Below are positions 37,631-50,387 of a DNA stretch of 64,000 nt, piece after piece. Source of the DNA: Octopus bimaculoides (lineage: Eukaryota). Position numbers and translations under genes: made by a program. Numbering within the stretch: the first letter of the stretch is position 1; each line of letters begins with the position of its first letter. The notes beneath the pieces were generated by a model. That model was given only the letters and a program-made list of their open reading frames with translations. It was not told where the DNA came from and ran no database searches. The stretch is taken from positions 25,701,012-25,765,011 of the forward strand of contig NC_068987.1 of assembly GCF_001194135.2 (NCBI RefSeq), read 5' to 3'.

Positions 37631-37800
37631 TATTCTTTTACTTGTTTGTCATTTGACTGCAGCAATGCTGGGGCACCACCTTGAAGGTTTTTTCTCTAAC
37701 AAATCAAACCCCAGGACATTTTCTTAAAACCTAGACTTATTCTATTGGTGTCTTGTGCTGAACCGCTAAGTTACGGGGACGTAAACACACCAATATAGAC
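37631..37800 (-). mobile_element. Family B SINE tail module, interrupted by a hAT MITE
   Basis: TTCTTTTACTTGTTTGTCATTTGACTGCAGCAATGCTGGGGCACCACC...GCTGAACCGCTAAGTTACGGGGACGTAAACACACC. Confidence 0.8.
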
Positions 37801-38149
37801 CAGGGGTTCTCGATCATTTTTTATCTACAGACCCCTTTGAAAACTATTTTATTCTAGTGGACCACCAAAGCCATTCTGTGTTTAGAAACTAGTTGTATAG
37901 AAACTTCTTTCAAAATACCTAACTTGTTTTCCACACATTAACTTGTGTAGGTTGAACTATGTAAAACATTTTGGGAAAAAACCTAACTGTTTCTTGTAAT
38001 ACATACCAATACATACTTCTAAAGCAAAATTTTTCAGGAGCCCTTAAAATACAATTGTGGATCCCCAATTTACTATTTTGTTGCATGGGCCCCTCCAAAA
38101 TTTAACATGGACCCTCAGGAGTCATGCGGACCCCAGTTGAGAACCACTG
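37801..38149. mobile_element. hAT (Charlie-like) MITE
   Basis: TIRs CAGGGGTTCTCGA and GTTGAGAACCACTG (reverse complement CAGTGGTTCTCAAC). Flanking 8-mers ATATAGAC and ATATCGGC (6/8 identical) fit a decayed 8-bp hAT TSD. Confidence 0.85.
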
Positions 38150-38859
38150 ATATCGGCACTTCATGTTCCTAACCATCGGTTAGTAATAGGAGGGTCATCT
38201 ATCCAGCTGTAAAACCAACTGTAACTGCGTTACCAAATATGCCTATTTAAATACAACAGTATTTAATTATGTGATACTTCAAAAATCAATGATTCACTTT
38301 GAGCAACATTTTGTAATTTAAATTTTGCCAGATTTTCTGTTACATCCGCCCTGCCATTCTAGTGAAGTAAAAGTTTTGTATTTAAAAGGTCAGAGAAGCT
38401 TAATTAGTCAAGTAGTATGCTTTATACAAATCTGTTTTTAACACATACCAACTACTAATAGATATTTATTAGAGAGAGAGACAGAGAGAGGAGGGAGAGA
38501 GAGAGGGTGGTGGTCTTGTTTTGGGGGTGGGTGTTTTTTTAACTAGAATGGTTGAAACTTCATACATACATACATATACACATGCATGTGTGTCTGTGTA
38601 TGTATTCATGTATGCTTGTATGTATGTATGTATGTATGAATGTATATTTGTATGTATGCATGAGTGTATATATGTATGTAGATAAACAGACAGACATAAA
38701 TAGAAATATATTGTGTGTATGTATATATGTGTGAGTATATGCATAATGATATATACACAAACACATCTTATGTCTGCTTTCCCTTGCTAGCATGGATTAC
38801 GTACGTCTGTAATATAAAAATTATAACATAAAAATACGTGTATCTGTATGTTTTTATGA

Positions 38860-38937
38860 GAGCTCTCTCTCTCTTTCTCTCTCTCTCTCTTTCTCTCTCT
38901 CTCTTTCTCTCTCTCTCTCTTTCTCTCTCTCTCTATT

Positions 38938-38976
<39 letters not shown>
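38860..38976. repeat. (CT)n-rich microsatellite
   Basis: Directly visible. Confidence 0.9.
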
Positions 38977-39591
38977 GTTATCTGTCGATATCGTTCAACT
39001 GCATTTAAATGCCACGTGACCCTATACATCCTAAATGTCAAACTCAGAGTGTGTGTGTATATGTGTGTGTGTCTTGTGTGTTTGCATGTAAGCATGTATG
39101 TGTATATCTGTGTACTTACATACATGCATACATACATACATACATACATACATACATACATACATGCATATATACAGTCTTACAAGCATGCATGAATGTG
39201 TTGGGGAGGGGCTTTTCCTGCAACCAATTATATAAAAACGTTGATCACCTCAACCCTAATTAATCCAGCCCTACCCCGCCAATCTCCCTTCTCCCCGAAC
39301 ACACTATTTGCTTGTTTATTTTGTTTTGTTTCTTTTGTTTTCGTCTCCAATTTGGGTAATCAATTTCTTTCCTTATACTGTTATTGTTGTTGACCTTCTT
39401 CTTGGAATACACAAATAATCGAAGATATTCCAGTAGTGACCATCGCCATTTTTGGATGACTACCTAATCTAATGTGTTCTTTTGCTTTTATTAAATCAGT
39501 AGAGCGTAATATGAGTGGGAATATGGCTACTGTTTCTAGCATGTCGTGCGACCATGTAGCGGAACTCTCTGTCACTCGTTTTGTGTGTGTG

Positions 39592-39650
<59 letters not shown>

Positions 39651-41175
39651 ATCATTGGTATGTTGTGTAGTGAATACTGTGAGGCGAGTGAAACCGGTAT
39701 GCAATTGGCAAGTTTAAATCTGCGTACGTGTTTCGAATCCAGAGAAAAGAAGTTCACATACGAACTGCTTCTAAGAAATGCACCGTAATTACCTAATCAG
39801 AGANNNNNNNNNNNNNNNNNNNNNNNNNNNNNNNNNNNNNNNNNNNNNNNNNNNNNNNNNNNNNNNNNNNNNNNNNNNNNNNNNNNNNNNNNNNNNNNNN
39901 NNNNNNNNNNNNNNNNNNNNNNNNNNNNNNNNNNNNNNNNNNNNNNNNNNNNNNNNNNNNNNNNNNNNNNNNNNNNNNNNNNNNNNNNNNNNNNNNNNNN
40001 NNNNNNNNNNNNNNNNNNNNNNNNNNNNNNNNNNNNNNNNNNNNNNNNNNNNNNNNNNNNNNNNNNNNNNNNNNNNNNNNNNNNNTATATATATCCATAT
40101 AATTTTTAGTCAATTTAAATTTCTTAGTTTTCTCCCTTGTTCTTTTTGAAAAAGACTTTCATTACCGCTAATGAATAAACTTATTCTTAGATAATTTCAT
40201 ATGATAATTAGATAATTTCATATGAAATTAGATAATCTCATATGAGTAAAAATTATTCTTTACTCAGTACATCATGTTCGTTCGTACTTAATTGTATATT
40301 TACTGTCTCGGACTTAATTATTAAACAGATCGATCGCGAGGTTAAAAATATAAAGCATAATAATGCATAATATTACTTGATCAGTTTGCTTTTACCTCGA
40401 CAAACATAGGAGACAACTTGTATATTGAGCTGTTAGGACATCAGCTTGCGAATTTAGCATGCTAATCACAAAGTTTCTCGATCCCAAGAAAGAGCTTTAT
40501 CAAAATTTCACTATCATCGTTTCGCCTCTACATAGTACTTATTTAAAAAAAAATAATTTTATATTTTGCGTTCGTTGAATGATCATTTATTTTTTTCTTT
40601 CCGTAACAACCTCCACGTAAATATGAAACAGTTTAGATGGTAAATGCGATCAGGTAGTGCCATATAGCCGGCGGACACAGTTTCAGTTCTTGGTTGCTAT
40701 AAGTTTACTGGTGGCACTAGTGTCCTTTAAAAAGAGTTGCTGTGTCGTCGTTGCACTCTCTAGATACAGCAGCCCAATGAAGATTGATAGACCGAGATGA
40801 TGTAGTCCTATACATGCAACAGGCGTAATGCGTATGGCTTCAATTCCATAGGTCTGCTCGGTCAAGAATTACTATTTCAGTGATCTTATCGAGTGTTGAA
40901 GGTCGTTAAAGCTGAGCATGTGTGTGTGTAAGCATATTAATGGTAATGAATGGGGGGAAAAAAATACCCAATACAGATATTGAGTATAGATAATTTAACT
41001 TTGTCAGTCAAACCAAAACTGGTTAAAATTACCAGTTTCAGCAAAGGCATATTAAACATGTCTCCTTGGTTAAAATAGCTGACATATATTACGATTCAGG
41101 CGCATATTATGATTTATTGAAATTAGCAGTTTTAGCAAATTTGGTTACCAAATTATATACGTGTGTGTGTGTGTT

Positions 41176-41214
<39 letters not shown>

Positions 41215-41573
41215 GCGTGGTGTGATTGTGTGTTTGTATGTGTACACAAACACCCACGCATATAGACACGTATTCGTAGTTATCTCTTTACCTATGTAGC
41301 TATAAGCATGACTCTGCTCTTACTTTCTGTTATTGCTTAGAAGTCTGAAATGTTAAACTGCTTTTAATTACATATAATATTAAAGTCTCACTCTAGCAAC
41401 ATAAAAACCACAATAGTAAATATAGTCTTCCCCCTTCCTTTGTTTTCTACATCACCCCTTATTTGACTGGTTGGCTCTTTGATGTTTTCCACATTTGTGC
41501 ATATATATATATGTGCGTGTGTGTGTGTTGCATACGTGTTTGTGTATGTTTTATTTTTATTATTATTATAAGT

Positions 41574-42060
41574 GGCGCGCTGGCAGAATCGTTAGCACGC
41601 CGGGCGAAACGCTTAGCGTTACGTTCTGAGTTCAAATTCCGTCGAGGTCGACTTTGCCTTTCATCCTTTCGGGGTCGATAAAATAAGTACCAGTTGAACA
41701 CTGGAGTCGATGTAATCGACTCATCCCCATCTCCCCCAAGCTGCCCTTGTGGAAAAAAAATTGAAATAATAATAATAATAATAATAATGATAATAATAAT
41801 AATTATTATTATTATTACAATAAAAGGTGGCGAACCGGCAGAATCGTTAGTATGCCAGGCAAAATGCTTACCAGTACTTCGTCTGTCTTTACACACTGAA
41901 GTCGATGTAACCGACTAGCCCCTCCCACCAAAATTTCAGGTCATGTGCCTATAATAGAAAAGATTGTTTATTATTATTAGTATTAATATTAATATTATTA
42001 TAAAAGTCGGCGAGCTGGCAGAATCGTTACAGCACTGAACAAAATGCATAGCTGCATTTT
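41574..42060 (+). mobile_element. Three tandem family A SINEs separated by (AAT/ATT)n
   Basis: Heads GGC(GAG)CTGGCAGAATCGTTA at ~41574, ~41826 and ~42008. The second copy has an internal deletion; the third is truncated. Confidence 0.85.
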
Positions 42061-42108
42061 ATCAATGAGTTTATAAAATCGTCACTCGCAAAACTTTTAT
42101 TTCGACCT

Positions 42109-43215
42109 TTAACCCTTGGACCCAATAATTTTCTTTTAATTAAATTTTATTCAAACTACCACTATTTCTTAGCTACATTGTATATACTATCAGGTGAATG
42201 AAGAATTACTATTTCTCACAAATTTTAATAAAAAAAAATACAGCTTACAGAATATATTATAAATTTTAAAAATTACAAAAATACAGAATTACAGCTCTTC
42301 ATGGCAGTGGGTGCATATAACATTGGAATGTTCTTGGCAAACATGGATATTACAATTCTTACATGTAGTACGATTTTTCCTGTGTTTTTGGGGGCCACAC
42401 AAAGAACATTTTTTTTTTAACTTTGGCTGAGGAATTTCAAATGAGGTTGAAGATCGTCTTCTTCTTTTACTTGGTTGAGATACGTTAACGGAACTAGAAG
42501 ATTGTTTGTCATGTTCTTTCTTAGCATTAACTCCAGCAAGTTCCTTTCCTAACTGAATTAAGCAGTCTTCTTTTATCCTTGAAACTTTGCAAGTGAAGCT
42601 GTTTAGCAACTATGAAAGCATTCACTGCACTTATATCAATCATGTTGTAGAATATAACCATAGGCCATCTTCAAGTCATTCTTTTGCAAGTGTATGTATG
42701 TCCTTACCATCTTATCTAGTGTATCTAATCTTCCTTTTGTTTTGTCGTAACATGTAATAACTTCAGGTGTCTTTTTAGCTCCTTTTGAATCAATTGAAGG
42801 CTGAGAGTACATTGTACTCATAAGTGTGACTACATAATTTTTCTTGGGACAATAAGATAGGATCAGAGAATCCTTTGAAATCCAAATATTGAAGCTGTTA
42901 ATTTCTCTTTCTTTTTCCATTTGTGAAAGCACTTGGGAGTTCAACTCTGTTCTTTCTAATTGTTCCAACTAAAGTATTTTTCTTGCTAAGCAGCTTTCGA
43001 TCCAATACCAGACTTGTAAGTTATATTGCGACAGGTATTTTCAAGTTCTTTTACTAGGTCTTCAACAACTCTTGAACCTTGATTTGTCTCTCCCCCTTTT
43101 ACTGGATCTTTTCCAGTGTAGATTTGCATTTTCCAGGCATAAGATGTTTCCCATTAGTAGACAGACGGTTGAACATATGTAGAGCTCATGTATTCCATAT
43201 ACAAGATGAGGTTTC
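42109..43215 (-). mobile_element. piggyBac DNA transposon remnant with one TTAA-flanked terminus
   Basis: TTAA|CCCTT terminus at 42109-42117 with the transposase relic on the minus strand. The other terminus was not found. Confidence 0.8.
42289..43215 (-). pseudogene. piggyBac transposase pseudogene (C-terminal half)
   Basis: Frames give WKMQIYTGKDP, GSRVVEDLVKEL...RNIT, VGTIRKN, LSYCPKKNYVVTLMSTM, PEVITCYDKTKGRLDTLDKMVRTY, and the C-terminal Cys-rich domain CSLC...TCKNCNIHVCQEHSNVIC..C. Several frameshifts; the DNFF catalytic motif appears deleted. Confidence 0.92.
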
Positions 43216-43296
43216 AATGGTAGATCAAATCCTATGGTGTACCACTTGTTAAACTAAGAAGCTCGATATTGGTCTGGTGGCGTTTGTAGTAGTAGC

Positions 43297-43357
<61 letters not shown>

Positions 43358-43592
43358 TGATTGTTGATATTGGTGGTGGTGGTGTGACTGGTCAACAGTG
43401 GAGACAAGAAAGGCATTGATTTCTTCGCTTCCAATCTTGACATTGCAACACGAACCGAAACCTAATCTCGGTCTTGTAGTTTGAAATAGTCGAGACAGAG
43501 TTTTATATCTAAATAAATGTTTGTTGACTGAGAAATGTTTATAGTTTCACTTCAACTACGATATATTTGATGTTATCACGAAAATAACCAAA

Positions 43593-43664
<72 letters not shown>

Positions 43665-44143
43665 TGCATAGCACACCACGCCATACATTCACTCAGTTCA
43701 TCATACCTACACATGGTAGAAACAGTAGCCAAATATTCCTCTAGCATGGCTGCAGTCCTACGTCTGAAACCATTTAAAGAATAAAGAATTAGCATTTCGG
43801 AAAAGGGACAGAAAACGAAGTAGTCATGACTGGAATGCTTTTGAATAAAGGTCTGGTTCCGCTTGGGGCTAAGCAACAACGACTATTCATTGTACCTACA
43901 CCACGCCCCCTATATATGCACCGTACTACATCACAGTATACCTACAGCATACTATACCCACAGCACAATGCATACACACATTAGATTACATCAATCATCA
44001 CACTAACCTATTCATATACACACCGTACACGTAATACATCTTATACATACACCGTATAAGACACACACACACACTCACATCCTGCATACACATCACGCCA
44101 CATCATATCTACCTTTACATTTATGGAATTTCGATGGTGGAAA

Positions 44144-44245
<102 letters not shown>

Positions 44246-44670
44246 GTACATATACACACAGACATAAATACATACCTGCACACGCATATACATACACAGA
44301 CACACATGTATAAATATACATATAAGCAGACATATACACACATATACAGAAATACACAAATTTACATATACATATACATACATACATACATACTATGAAT
44401 GTGTGTGTGTGTGGTAACTGTGTGTATATATGTGAGTGTGCGTCTGTGTTAAGTGCTATAAGTGATATGAAAGCAATGGTGATAGACGCGATGTTAAGAG
44501 TGTTTATTTTACCAAACTCTAAGCCCAAGCCACTAATAGTCTGGGTTTACATCTCCGAGGTTTTAACGTCCACCATATCTTTTATATAACTATTTATCTA
44601 ATGGCTACATTCCGTCAGTCTTTTGATCATCGTTATTGGTGTTGTTTGTGTTATAGAAGAAACTGTAGTG

Positions 44671-44735
<65 letters not shown>

Positions 44736-44857
44736 TGCTGTTGTTGTTATGTTATTGGTGTTGTTGTTATTGTTATTGGTGGTCTTATATTTGTTGACAT
44801 TACTGTTAAAATGGCTGCTGTGTTAGTTTGTTTATTTTTATTAGTGGGGTAGCGAGA

Positions 44858-45070
44858 AAGGGTGGTGAAACGGAAGAATCGTTAGAGCATCAGATAAAAT
44901 TCCTTGAGGTATTTTTTCTTTTTTTTTCTGGTTTCTTTACGTTCTGAGATCAAATCCGGCTGAGGTCAATTTTATCATACTTTCGGGGTCGGCAAAATAA
45001 AGTACCAGCCACATACTTGGATAGATTTGCCTGACTAATTCCTGCCCTCAAATTTCATGCTTTGTGCCTG
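44858..45070 (+). mobile_element. Family A SINE, degenerate
   Basis: GAAGAATCGTTAGAGC...TTTACGTTCTGAGATCAAATCC...CTTTCGGGGTCGGCAAAATAAAGTACCAG. Confidence 0.7.
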
Positions 45071-46044
45071 TATTAGTGCAATGACTACCAGACTCTTTCT
45101 TTCTCCCTTTTTCCCGTTCTTCATTTTTTATTTAATATAACTTATTCAGAGGAGAAACATTAGTGACCATGGTCTCTTTCAGAGCCTCTAAGGCTGGTGT
45201 ATAGCTGGAAAGCAGCCATTATCAGATCAAAGAACTGGCCCTTTATGCTTCCAACAGAATGAACTCTGCTAAAGGGTCCCAAAGACCCAGTGGTGTTGTT
45301 AAATCGATCGACAAATTGAGTTGACCATTAAAAGGCAGCAACACTCCCTCTGATGGGCCTCTACACAGTTTTAGCTAAACCAAATTTCATTCTCAAGGCA
45401 TTGGTTGACTCGAGACTATGATAGAAGACACTTAGGATGTTCCTTCTAAAAGACACAGCCTTGCCTGCACACATTACTAGACCTTAAAACAAATATGCAT
45501 CAGTTATATTCTAAGTTCAAAGCTCGCTAAGGTCTACATTTTACTTTTGTGTTCGTGATGTGTTAAAATTTCCAAAGACATCAATGAGGTTATATTATGT
45601 TCAATCCATAAATGAGAAAGCAAAGAAACTCCAGACTTATATCTCTTCCCACGTGAGTCTGCTACATTGCAAGTAAATTTCTGTACTTACAACATTCATT
45701 GACCTCAGAATCAACATCGCTCACGGAGGTCAACATTGTTTTGTGTCATTCTGAATCCGGTAAAATAAAGAGACAGTCAGTTATTGGTGTCCCTTATATC
45801 ATCTACAGTAGGAGCGCGTGTATGTGTATGATTATGCAAATGAATATATATGGTAGAAAAATATAAAATATACGAAGACAAGGTAAAATAACAAGAAGGG
45901 TGTATTAAGTTGACTCTTAAGAAAATTGGAAGAAGTCTCTAACGTTTCGAGCATACGCTCATCTACGAAAGAATAGAGGAGAGAGAAAAATAAAGAGAAA
46001 AGAACAAACGTGTCTCAATTAGACGAACATCGCGCGCGCGCGCA

Positions 46045-46100
<56 letters not shown>

Positions 46101-46163
46101 GAGAGAGAGTGGGGGAGATAGATAGATAGATGAACTCACGCGCAGAAGTACATACATACACAG

Positions 46164-46211
<48 letters not shown>

Positions 46212-47164
46212 ATGTATATACATATATGTGGAAGGGTATTAATGTATGTATGTATGTATGTGTGTTAAAAAAGCGAAAAAGAAGAAAATGTTTTAACACA
46301 TATATGTCACTTGATAGACGTATGTGCGCTGCGCGTCGGTGTGCCGAACATACATAGGCATATATAAAAAGTGTGCACAATTTTCTTGTAATAGATTCCT
46401 CTATGCAGACGTATACATGTGTTGTATGCGTGTAACTTGTTAAATTACGATTGTCAATACCATGTCATTCTACGCACCAGTCGATGGCTGGCTCAGTACG
46501 CACGCGCATGTAAATGGAATAGAAAGGGCGGTTCAGAAACAAGAGGCAATTAGTTAAGGGTGGGATTCCAAGCAAGTATTGTTTACCCTCATTGTGAAAC
46601 CATAACAGTCCGAATTAAATTTTCATTTCTGCTGCTGAAATAATTGGACAACTCTAGCTCAATTATCACAAACTTTGACCCTCATCACCATCATCATCAT
46701 CGTCGTCGTCGTTTTCGTTGTCAGAGCAACAGTGGCAATAGCAAGAACAACACTACTGACCTAGAAATAAAATAAGAACATTCTTACCAAAAAATAGTTT
46801 GAATCGTAACACCTAGTTTTAATTGTTTATCTTTTAAAAAAATCAAATTCTACAACCACCACCACAGCCATAACCACTACCACCAACACCACTATCACTA
46901 CAAACAACGCCATTACCAATACTACCGCCAGAACCACCATTGCCATCAACCCCCAAGAGTTATAGGTCAAATAGCAGATGGCCCTGTACCTAAGGTATAC
47001 AAGATTCGAAGGAGGTTTGATTCCTTGGCATGATTTGTTTCACGGGCCCACTGGTGTGTGTATTTGCCTCGATGTCATTTGATCGAGGTTCCCCTACCTA
47101 AGGTTTAAAAAGGTCCTGTGCCTTAAGAGTAAGCTTGTGGGTGCAGTGTAGTGAGTAAACGCTG

Positions 47165-47235
47165 TAAATAAACGGATAGAAGCAACGGATAACCACTATT
47201 GTATCTTTCCCAAGAAAAACCTTAATTCTTCAGGT
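47165..47235 (+). mobile_element. Short segment resembling the RTE/BovB 5' motif
   Basis: AGAAGCAACGGATAACCACTATTGTATCTTTCCCAAGAAAAACC resembles the recalled BovB/RTE motif GAAGGCAATGGCAAACCACTCCAGTATCTTTGCCAAGAAAACC. Confidence 0.35.
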
Positions 47236-48896
47236 TTTAGCATTGAAGCCTATGATCACCATTGCCTGTAGACATGGCTCATAAAGAGAGAGAGGGATCG
47301 GGGACAGAAAGATGGTAGTGATGATGAGGATGATGATGATGAGGAAGAGGATGTGAGGTTGTGAAATTCATGCTATACTGAAATATTGTTGACGAGGTGT
47401 TAACCAACCAACTGAAGATTTCCCAAGTCACTACCCATCCCCAGTGCTCTGCTGGTTCTTTGGCTCTGTTAAATCGCGCTGTAAATAGGTGCCATGAGGA
47501 CGTTATAGCTAGATCATTGCTCTAAAGCGGTGCACATATTTTATAATCAACAACAGTTTCGTTAGTTTGTAATGCTAAGTTCATATTTTTCCCATCCATA
47601 TAAAGACCAAAGAAAGACCTCGAGTGGTATGGGGGTTCTATCGAACTGATTTGTTCCAAATGGAATTCTTCAAGTATATCTGCCCCTAGCACTTAGATAC
47701 CTCACATTCTATACATCCAGTATTTTTATTGCTCGCCCTCTACGCACATATATAGCCTAGAATCCTATACACTTACATTGCCTAACCTTCTACGCACTTT
47801 ACTTAGCATGTTGAATCATTTTGTATCAAGAATTACCCGCTCCCCTCTGTCTCTTTCCCTCTGTCTCTTTCCCTCTGTCTCTTTCCCTCTGTCTCTGTCT
47901 CTGTCTCTCTCTCCCTCTCTCCCCTCTCTCTCTCTGTATTTGTTAGTCTTGTTATTACTACCCAGATTCAGTAAATCTACAAATAAAAGCTTTCTCGTTG
48001 TGAGCATTCCATCTTTTTCCGATGGCACAATGCAACGGGCTATTTGCACTACACCCAAACCTTAAGATGGCACTGCGGGAACCTCATTATACAATTTAGC
48101 TTTATTTTAAAAGTTTACAATGAGTTATTTAAATGAAATTTAGCTGCTATTTTTAGCAGATCGCGCACCCACGTGGATGATCTTTCATTGGCGCGTGTGG
48201 ATATTTGTCTCCATACTGGGGTATTTTTGCCTGTTTGTTTGTTTCGTGTTTGTCATATGTTTGTATTTCTATATAAATACACTATTCCCGACAGAATATC
48301 ATAAAATAAACACAAGAAATCTTTTTATAGCTTAATTACATTAGCCTTGACAAGAAGAAATTGTTTCAAAAATTTCTGTAATCTCTCTCATAGTATTATT
48401 ATAAATATACCAAACCGAAGAGAAAAAGAAAACGAGAAGTAAAAACAAAAACAATATATATTCTTTTAAAATATGAGCTCGAAATTAGATTATTTTATTT
48501 AATTAGACATAAATTATATTCTACCAATTCAGCGCTGTTGTTTGCTCGAGCGAACTCTTCAAGGACAAAAAAACTGTTTCTTAAGCGTTGTCGCCATTTT
48601 AGACATTATGAGCATAATGTCCCATGAGCAGCTTTACAATTCACTTCCTGTTGTGTCGCTATTTCGTTACACTGAAAGCCACTAATGTCTTTTAGATGGG
48701 CTTGCATGTTACACAGCCTTCCTTCCATCCTTAAATTAAGACGAATTTATTTTCTAGAGGTAAAGTGTTTCCAGACATTTAATTTTTAAACCAGAACTGT
48801 TAACCTAATATTTTCGTGTTCATTTTTTAAATTTTTGGCGGTTGGGAGGTTAAGTAAAATATAACATTTCACAACGGTTTGGTGTCTGTTCGGCAT

Positions 48897-49279
48897 CAGA
48901 GGAGTTGCAAGTGTGGTAAGTAGCTTGCTTACCAACCACTGCGTGGCACCTTGTTCAGTCCCACTGCGTGGCACCTTGTTCAGTCCCACTGCGTGGCACC
49001 TTGGGCAAGTGTCTTCTACTATAGCCTCGGGCCGACCAAAGCCCTATGAGTGGATTTGGTAGAGGAAAACTGAAAGAAGCCTGTCGTATATATATATATA
49101 TATATATATATATATNNNNNNNNNNNNNNNNNNNNNNNNNNNNNNNNNNNNNNNNNNNNNNNNNNNNNNNNNNNNNNNNNNNNNNNNNNNNNNNNNNNNN
49201 NNNNNNNNNNNNNNNNNNNNNNNNNNNNNNNNNNNNNNNNNNNNNNAGTCAAATGACTGAAACAAGTAAAAGAATAAAA

Positions 49280-49283
<4 letters not shown>
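48897..49283 (+). mobile_element. Family B SINE with an internal 25-bp tandem repeat and a gap at its (TA)n
   Basis: GTGTGGTAAGTAGCTTGCTTACCAA...CCTTGGGCAAGTGTCTTCTACTATAGCCTCGGGCCGACCAAAGCC...GAAAGAAGCCTGTCG(TA)n-gap-AGTCAAATGACTGAAACAAGTAAAAGAATAAAAG. Confidence 0.9.
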
Positions 49284-49319
<36 letters not shown>

Positions 49320-50141
49320 CAATATAATTCGGAGCTTGGCGAAGCGAAATCGCGGTCACTTCTTGGACGATATCGTTTCGCCTAACTCTGGAGCATATTG
49401 TGTTTTTTTAACACTATACGTCTATAAATAGATTTTTCCAGAACGAAAACTGCAGCGCCTTGCATTTCAATTACGCACATACACTTAGTATGTTGTATTG
49501 ATAGAATATATATATAGAATGAGCTTCCGCGCAGTTTTCTGCCTGCCAATTGCATTCACAAAGCATTGGTTGGTTCGAGACTACAGGAGAAGAAACTTGT
49601 CCAAGAATCCACGCAGTAGATCTGATTCCGAAAGCATTTTGTTGCCAATGCATGAATTTTCTTAAAAATTCATTACTAGAAACTTATTTCTTTATCATAA
49701 TTCTTGTCTTGCAGAATCAGGAAATAATTTAGTCATAATTTAGTTTTAAAATCTAATAATACACACCCAAGAGCAAAGAATAAGTTGTATAATTTATAGA
49801 AATGGCTTAAAGTGTCTATGTTTAATTTCAAATAATACTTATCTCCAATGATGTAGCTAGATTGTGTGCTATCTGAGTTTGCGCACCCTCAGGCCCTGAA
49901 GTCTATTATGCTTATACAGCATCTCCATAAAAACGTTGCTCGGAGTGAACCAATCTTAGTTACTACCTTACTGTATTTTAAGAGTAGTTGGTTCTGTCCA
50001 GTGGCACAGAGGTGCCCACTGTGAACATCGTGACAATTCACGACAGTGCCACCACCACCTCCACCAAACAATACCATATCTTCCACAGCTATAGCTGAAA
50101 ATCATCGCCCTCAAGACTCCTATCACTTTCACAACATTACT

Positions 50142-50355
50142 GGCTTCAAATTTCGGTACAAGGCCAGCAACTTCGGGAGTTGGATGATGTCGATTACACT
50201 GACCCCAGTGCCTAACTGGTTCTCATTTTATAGACCCCGAAAGGTTGAAAGGCAAAGTCGACTTCGGTGGCATTTTAAACTCAAAACGTTGAGCCGGACG
50301 AAATGCTGCTAAGCATTTTGTCCGGCGTGCTTAACGGTTCTACCAGCTCGTCACC
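50142..50355 (-). mobile_element. Family A SINE
   Basis: TCAAATTTCGGTACAAGGCCAGC...GACCCCGAAAGGTTGAAAGGCAAAGTCGAC...CCAGCTCGTCACC. Confidence 0.85.
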
Positions 50356-50387
50356 CTCACTTTCACAAAATTATTATCACTATTACT

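Noticed and set aside
40188-40245. Short tandem repeats (21 bp x3 here; 12 bp x3 at ~5950 and ~3000; 20 bp x3 at ~9465; 14 bp x4 at ~47830) as CRISPR-like arrays
   Set aside because: No unique spacers; ordinary slippage minisatellites in eukaryotic DNA.
40620-40910. Unique-looking stretch with a 60-aa minus-strand ORF
   Set aside because: No recognisable motif and no convincing acceptor/donor pair.
45941-45967. Minus-strand GAGC-GTAT-GCTC-GAAACGTT, hammerhead/Penelope-like
   Set aside because: The CUGANGA box is missing; at most a decayed Penelope-type relic.
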